Positions 58,717 through 64,000 of a DNA stretch of 64,000 nt are shown here, in pieces; within the stretch, counting starts at the first letter, position 1, and each line of letters starts with the position of its first letter. Origin of the DNA: an uncultured Verrucomicrobiae bacterium (GTDB lineage Bacteria; Verrucomicrobiota; Verrucomicrobiia; Limisphaerales; Palsa-1400); assembly GCA_963707025.1 (NCBI GenBank), contig CAVPOM010000006.1:608001-672000 (forward strand). Direction: 5' to 3'. The translations under genes and the position numbers were made by a program. Below the pieces are notes generated by a model. It did no database searches. It saw nothing but the letters and a program-made list of their open reading frames with translations, and had not been told where the DNA came from.

Positions 58717-59163
58717 TTATTGATCGAACACGTGGAATCGGCTGCCCGGGATAAACGGCGCCATGTCTCCACCGCCGAAGCCCAGGGAGGTGTCCGGCGA
58801 GGTCATCTGATCCGAATACCAATTGGGTTTGTAGCTGTCCGGATTGACGGGGTTTTCCGGCAGGAAAATCGGGCCGTAGTTCTTGGGGGAATGATTGGGG
58901 AAGGGGAATGTGGCCACTTCATAAAGGCCAACGGCGGTGCGGGCGAAGGTGCGGTCAATGCCGTGGAAAACACCGGTGGTATAGCCTTGATCGCGGCTGA
59001 CCAGAACGGTGGTTTGTTCGATGGAGCGGCGCAACTCACCCAGGCGGGTGATTTCGGTCAGGTTGTTGAGGCCCCGACCGAGTTTTTGCTCCGGGCCGGC
59101 GCAACCGGCCATGACCAGGGTCATGCCCAGCAACGGGATAATTGAGGAAAATAATTTACGCAT
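58717..59163 (-). CDS. Exosortase-system-associated lipoprotein (TIGR04073-like)
   Basis: Lipobox MAGC; KLGRGLNN...ARTAVGLYEVATFPFP...PE. Confidence 0.7.
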   Translation of the reverse strand: MRKLFSSIIPLLGMTLVMAGCAGPEQKLGRGLNNLTEITRLGELRRSIEQTTVLVSRDQGYTTGVFHGIDRTFARTAVGLYEVATFPFPNHSPKNYGPIFLPENPVNPDSYKPNWYSDQMTSPDTSLGFGGGDMAPFIPGSRFHVFDQ

Positions 59164-59208
59164 ATATACACACTCTTTCTGCTAAAATAGCGGTCTGTGC
59201 GGAATTGT

Positions 59209-60222
59209 CTAGCTTTTTTCTGCTTTTTTCTCCTGCCGCTCCCAATACCAGGCGATCCAGACGCTCACCTCGTAAAGCAGTTGCAGGGCCACCGCCATCA
59301 CGATCTGGGTGAGAACCTCAGGGGTGGTGAGCAAGGCGCCCAGAACCAGATTCCCAACAATGACGTAGCGGCGCATGCTGGCCAGTTTCTGGTAATTGAG
59401 GATGCCGATTTTGACCAGCGCCAGCAGCACCACCGGCAACAGAAAGCCCAGTCCCATGCCCAGCATGAACTTCAGGACAAAGCTGATGTAAGTTCCCGCC
59501 GACCAATAGGGCACGCTCACCCCCATCCATTCGGCGTATTGCTGGGCGAACTTCAGCGCGGTGGGCATGATGACAAAATAAGCGACCGAAATCCCGGCCA
59601 AGAACAGAAAAAGAGAAACGACGAAGGCGCGCAGGAAGTACTTCTTCTCCCGGATTTTCAGGGCGGGCATGAGGAATTGCCCAAAATAATAAAAAACAAA
59701 GGGCGAGGCCAGCAGCAGTCCGCCAAAAAAGGCCAGATGAAACGAGGAAAAAAACGGGGCCGACGGATCCAGGTAAATCAGGCCCGGTCCTCCCGCCGGA
59801 TCGGCCTCCTCCGGGTTGGGAACAAGCCGCAAAGAAAAAAGCTGCTGGCCGCCCACCTCGACCGGCTCGACTTGCAGAGTGATGGCGGGATTGGTGCCCA
59901 GATCCAGCGAGCCAAGCCGGTTGGTTTTCAAAATCACCGGCCTGAGCCGGGCCGCCCCGATTTGGAAGGTGACGATCTGGTTGGTTTCGTCGGGCAGAAA
60001 GGCGATATGGCGCTGGGCGGCGCGATGGAGCGGCCAACTCAGAACGGCGATCATGGCCCGGGCGTTGAACAGGCAAATCAACATCCCGACCAAGGTGGCG
60101 GCGGCGCTTTTAATCAGCGTCCAGCGCAGGTCTTCGAGATGTTCGAGAAAAGTTTTTACGACGCCACCGCCCTCGGCCGCTTCCTCATCCTCCGGCCGGA
60201 GTTGGTCGTTGCGTTCTGCCAT
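59209..60222 (-). CDS. tatC: Twin-arginine translocase TatC
   Basis: FLEHLEDLR, FLMPALKIREK, RRYVIV...LLTTPEVLTQ...LLYEVS. Confidence 0.93.
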   Translation of the reverse strand: MAERNDQLRPEDEEAAEGGGVVKTFLEHLEDLRWTLIKSAAATLVGMLICLFNARAMIAVLSWPLHRAAQRHIAFLPDETNQIVTFQIGAARLRPVILKTNRLGSLDLGTNPAITLQVEPVEVGGQQLFSLRLVPNPEEADPAGGPGLIYLDPSAPFFSSFHLAFFGGLLLASPFVFYYFGQFLMPALKIREKKYFLRAFVVSLFLFLAGISVAYFVIMPTALKFAQQYAEWMGVSVPYWSAGTYISFVLKFMLGMGLGFLLPVVLLALVKIGILNYQKLASMRRYVIVGNLVLGALLTTPEVLTQIVMAVALQLLYEVSVWIAWYWERQEKKAEKS

Positions 60223-60244
60223 GAGAAACCATCACCGGCCGTGG

Positions 60245-60511
60245 TCAAGCCTTGGGAGCAGTGGAGGGTGGAGCCGTGCTGACGGGTTGAGTATTGGCAG
60301 GCGGTGGGGCCGCCGGGTAGGTCGGTTGCTCGTTCATCGAGCTATGGATTTCGTCGGTGACTTCGCGCGACGCTTTCTTGAACTCCTTGATCCCCTGACC
60401 CAGCCCCTTGGCGAATTCTGGTATTTTCTTGGCGCCAAACAGCACCAGGATGACCACAAAAACAACGACCAGTTCAGGGCCGCTCAGAAAACCTGCATTT
60501 AGTGTATTCAT
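60245..60511 (-). CDS. tatA: Twin-arginine translocase TatA
   Basis: [35 protein letters not shown]; start MNTLNA. Confidence 0.94.
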   Translation of the reverse strand: MNTLNAGFLSGPELVVVFVVILVLFGAKKIPEFAKGLGQGIKEFKKASREVTDEIHSSMNEQPTYPAAPPPANTQPVSTAPPSTAPKA

Positions 60512-60934
60512 ATATTCGCTTGCTGATATATAAATAAACCAGTTGCCGCCAATAGTAAAGCCCGCTTTTTGCGGTTTTTGGCGCAACGCCGGCCGCCCTG
60601 AAAACAGCCCGGGAATACCCGCGCCCTCCGCCGGGGAAAAGCGGCGGCGTGAAACAGACAATGCGTTGGCCCGTCCCAAACCCTCCCGCCCTCCCGCAAG
60701 ATTTGGCCGGTTTTTGCCAAGGGGGGGGTAGTCGCTCCGCCGGCCTGTGGGTAAGTTGAGAATGAAATTATGAGCATTAGAAGGCATGAAATTAGATCAG
60801 CGGGCAACTTTGGACCGCCGCCGGCGGCGTTGCCTCCAAACGACGCGGTCCTCATCGGTCAGGCGCGTTCGTTCCCCGCGCGGTCCGGCGTCCCGGGTTT
60901 GGCGGCCCAGGCCTGAACCGGAAAGGCAAGCGAC

Positions 60935-61837
60935 ATGTACATCGCCAGAACCAGCCCATCTGTTACCCAGCGCGACGAAAAATCCCGCGGCGCCCCGGCC
61001 GCAACCGCTTTCGGCTGCCCGCGCAATTTTCTCGACAACCGCTTCGTCTATACGGTGGTGTCGGCGCGGGCCCGGGGCCTGGCCATCGGCATCAACATGA
61101 ACCCGGATCGGTTCTGCAATTTTGACTGCCTTTATTGCGAGGTGGACCGGAAGCTGCCCGCCGCCGAACGGGAGTTGGACGTGGGGGTGATGGCGGAGGA
61201 ATTGGACAAGACACTCTGCTTGGTGCGGTCGGGCAAGATCCGCGAGCATGCGGCTTACCGCGAGTTGAGCGACGAATTGCTGCAATTGCGCCATGTCGCC
61301 TTGAGCGGCGACGGCGAACCGACCCTCTGTCCCAATTTCGCCGAGGCCGTCCAGGTGGTCGTCCATGTGCGGGCGCGCAGTCCCCATTCGTTTTTCAAAC
61401 TGGCCTTGATTACCAACGGCACCGGGCTGGATTTGCGGCCGGTGCAGGGCAGCCTGCAATACTTTACGCACGACGATGAGGTTTGGATCAAGCTCGACGC
61501 CGGCACGCAAGATTACATGAACCGCGTCAACCGCGGCGCGGTGCCGCTGGAAAAAGTCATTGCCAACATCGTCCTGGTGGGGCGGCAGCGGCCCGTCATC
61601 ATCCAAAGTTTGTTCCCGTCGGTCCTCGGCCAGGAACCGCCCCAGGAAGAAATTGATGAGTATATTTTGCGGTTGAACGACCTAAAACAAGCCGGGGCGC
61701 GCATTTCGCTGGTGCAAATTTATTCGGCGACCCGGCCCATCGCCCATCCCGACTGCGGCCATCTGCCGCTGAAAAAGCTTTCCCAGATCTGCCAGCGGAT
61801 CAAGGCGGAAACGGGCTTGAGAGCGGAAGTCTTCTGA
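60935..61837 (+). CDS. Radical SAM protein of unknown function
   Basis: CNFDCLYC, SGDGEPT, LITNGT, KLDAG. Confidence 0.85.
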   Translation: MYIARTSPSVTQRDEKSRGAPAATAFGCPRNFLDNRFVYTVVSARARGLAIGINMNPDRFCNFDCLYCEVDRKLPAAERELDVGVMAEELDKTLCLVRSGKIREHAAYRELSDELLQLRHVALSGDGEPTLCPNFAEAVQVVVHVRARSPHSFFKLALITNGTGLDLRPVQGSLQYFTHDDEVWIKLDAGTQDYMNRVNRGAVPLEKVIANIVLVGRQRPVIIQSLFPSVLGQEPPQEEIDEYILRLNDLKQAGARISLVQIYSATRPIAHPDCGHLPLKKLSQICQRIKAETGLRAEVF

Positions 61838-62004
61838 GCGCGCCGGGCGGCGGGCGCGGGCCCCGGTCTAAGGAATATCCCTAGACCTTCTAGTTGCTTT
61901 TCCCCAGACGCGTCTGGCAGGATGCCTGATTGTTGGCGGAGCGTGATCGGTGCTAAATTGCTCACATGACAACAAATTTTGTGCAGCCAAACGGGGACAA
62001 GCCC

Positions 62005-62892
62005 ATGAACCGCCGCGACAACAAAGGCCTGATCGAGAGCCTGATCAACTCGAAAATCTTTCAGGATTACGAGAAGGCGTTCAGCGAAACGACCGGCCTG
62101 CCCGTCTCCTTGCGCCCGGTGGAATCGTGGCAGTTGCCGCACCACGGCAAGCGCCACGAAAATCCCTTGTGCGCCATGCTGGCGGAAAAGAGCCGGTCTT
62201 GCGCAACCTGCCTGCAAATGCAGCAAAAGCTGTCGGAAAGCGCCCACTTTGAACCCGCCACGGTGACCTGCCAGTTGGGATTGGTGGACACGGCCGTGCC
62301 GGTTCGTTTGGGCGAGCAGTTGATCGGCTTCCTCCAAACCGGCCAGGTGCTGCGGAAGAAGGCCACGCCCTCCCAAGTCGGGCGCACCGCCCGGCTCATC
62401 GCTGAATGGGGTCTGCAGGTGAGCGGGGAACGGCTGAAAAGCCTCTATGCTTCAACCCGGGTGTTGTCGTCCAAACATTACCAGGCCATGGTCCAACTGC
62501 TCAGCATCTTCGCCCAGCACATTTCGGTGGTGAGCAACCAGATTGTGGTGGGCCGGGAACACGCCGAATCGCCGGTGATCCGGAAGGCCAAGGAGTTTAT
62601 TGTCGAGAATCAGGCGGAGGATCTTTCCCTGGGCCAGGTGGCCAAGGCGGTCAACACCAGCGTCTTCCACTTCTGCAAAATGTTCAAGAAAGCGACTGGC
62701 TTGAACTTCACCGAGTATGTGTCGCGCGTGCGGGTGGAAAAGGCCCGCAATCTTCTGCTCAATCCCAATTTGCGCATCAGCGAAATCGCTTATGAAGTCG
62801 GCTTCCAGTCGCTCACCCATTTTAATCGCGTTTTTAAGAAAATCACCGGCCAGTCCCCCACCGATTACCGCGGCCAACTGGCCCCGGCGTGA
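62005..62892 (+). CDS. AraC-family regulator with PocR-type sensory domain
   Basis: NPLC...CATC...CQLGLVDTAVPV...TGQV plus AraC HTH; paralogue of 31471..32358. Start could be 61966. Confidence 0.88.
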   Translation: MNRRDNKGLIESLINSKIFQDYEKAFSETTGLPVSLRPVESWQLPHHGKRHENPLCAMLAEKSRSCATCLQMQQKLSESAHFEPATVTCQLGLVDTAVPVRLGEQLIGFLQTGQVLRKKATPSQVGRTARLIAEWGLQVSGERLKSLYASTRVLSSKHYQAMVQLLSIFAQHISVVSNQIVVGREHAESPVIRKAKEFIVENQAEDLSLGQVAKAVNTSVFHFCKMFKKATGLNFTEYVSRVRVEKARNLLLNPNLRISEIAYEVGFQSLTHFNRVFKKITGQSPTDYRGQLAPA

Positions 62893-62962
62893 AACAGGGG
62901 CGCCGGGCCAACCCGGTCGTTTATCCTGTCTGTGGCCCGGACCCCGGTGGCATTAGGCCGTG

Positions 62963-64000
62963 ATGGACGCTTATTCCAAAATGACCAGGGCCGAGTTGGT
63001 GAAGAGACTCAAGGCTTGGGAGGCCGGCTCTGTTCCCGCCAGCCAGGCCACCGCGGCCCTGCAAGCCGGGGAACGCCTCGAGGCGGTCAAGGAGCTGCAC
63101 GAGCTGAAATCGGCGCTCGATGCCCATTCCATCGTGGCCATCACCGACGCGCGCGGCCGCATTACCTATGTCAACGACAAGTTTTGCCAGATTTCCCAGT
63201 ATTCCCGCGCGGAGTTGCTGGGCCAGGACCATCGCCTCATCAACTCCCGGTTTCATGCCAAGGCGTTTTTCCGCGGCCTCTGGACCACCATCGCCCGGGG
63301 CAAAGTTTGGAAAGGGGAAATCCGCAATCGCGCCAAGGACGGCAGTCTTTACTGGGTGGACACGACCATCTTTCCCTTTCTGGATGCGGGCGGAAAGCCG
63401 GTGCAGTACATCGCCATCCGCACGGACATTACCGAGCGCAAACGCACCGAAGTCAGGCTGGCCGAATTGGCGCAAAGCCTGGCCGAGAAGAACAAGGAAT
63501 TGGAAACGGTGGTCTATGTCGCCTCCCACGATCTGCGTTCTCCCCTGGTCAACATCCAGGGATTCACCAAGGAATTGCAACGCGACTGTGACCGCATTCG
63601 CGAGTTGATGGAGGGCGGCGAGCCGGCGGCCCTCAAGGAACGCGAACTGAACACGATTCTCAGCCGGGATGTGCCCGAAGCGATGGAATTCATCCAGGCC
63701 GGCGTGGTCAAGATTGACGCCTTGTTGGCCGGCTTCCTTCGTTTTTCCAGGCTGGGCCGGGCGGCCCTGAGAATCGGGCCCCTGGACATGAAGGCCACGC
63801 TGGCCGGCATTGCGCAAACCGTCGAGTTCCAGCTCCAACAAGCCGGCGCCACCCTGCAAGTCGGGCCCCTGCCGGACTGCCGGGGTGACGCCATCCAAAT
63901 CAACCAGGTCTTTTCCAATTTGATTGATAACGCCATTAAATATCGCCACGCCAACCGCCCCGGGCTGATTGAAGTGTCCGGCCGGGTTGAAAACGGCCGT
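62963..64000 (+). CDS. PAS-domain sensor histidine kinase; runs off the right edge
   Basis: Manual translation: [19 protein letters not shown]...[21 protein letters not shown] (PAS/PAC), ASHDLRSPL (H-box), [13 protein letters not shown] (N-box). Confidence 0.9.
   Translation, partial: MDAYSKMTRAELVKRLKAWEAGSVPASQATAALQAGERLEAVKELHELKSALDAHSIVAITDARGRITYVNDKFCQISQYSRAELLGQDHRLINSRFHAKAFFRGLWTTIARGKVWKGEIRNRAKDGSLYWVDTTIFPFLDAGGKPVQYIAIRTDITERKRTEVRLAELAQSLAEKNKELETVVYVASHDLRSPLVNIQGFTKELQRDCDRIRELMEGGEPAALKERELNTILSRDVPEAMEFIQAGVVKIDALLAGFLRFSRLGRAALRIGPLDMKATLAGIAQTVEFQLQQAGATLQVGPLPDCRGDAIQINQVFSNLIDNAIKYRHANRPGLIEVSGRVENGR

Noticed and set aside
62921..63949. 342-aa minus-strand ORF
   Set aside because: Antisense shadow of the PAS histidine kinase.

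Overview
GC-rich bacterial DNA, most likely Verrucomicrobiota (Pedosphaera-like). This is inferred from the GloVer-repeat protein, the TIGR04073-like protein and secreted proteins ending in an RFYR-type C-terminal domain. The left arm (1-23.9 kb) is housekeeping and envelope: S53 protease, tolQRAB-pal, esterase, lysA, a TMTC-like TPR membrane protein, an APC permease, livKHMGF, two secreted repeat proteins and a GT4. At 23.9-32.4 kb lies the most interesting locus, a tightly coupled minus-strand redox operon behind a PocR-AraC regulator: monoheme cytochrome c, outer-membrane porin, second monoheme cytochrome c, GltD/DsrL-like Fe-S flavoprotein, Rieske protein, cytochrome b and a hexaheme cytochrome c. 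It carries at least 13 single-base indels that are probably assembly errors. The 32.4-57.6 kb region looks like a decayed genomic island ending at tRNA-Gln(TTG) with an integrase stub. It holds many CAZymes (GH53, GH79, GH43-like, GH127, GH128-like fusion, GH2, CE1, sulfatase), IS66/ISL3/IS21 debris, a tRNA-Gly att-like scar and a small PII-fold SAM-lyase/DUF3574-like ORF. The right arm has ispE, tatC/tatA, a radical SAM protein, a second PocR-AraC and a PAS histidine kinase. All calls come from motif recognition by eye; no searches were run.
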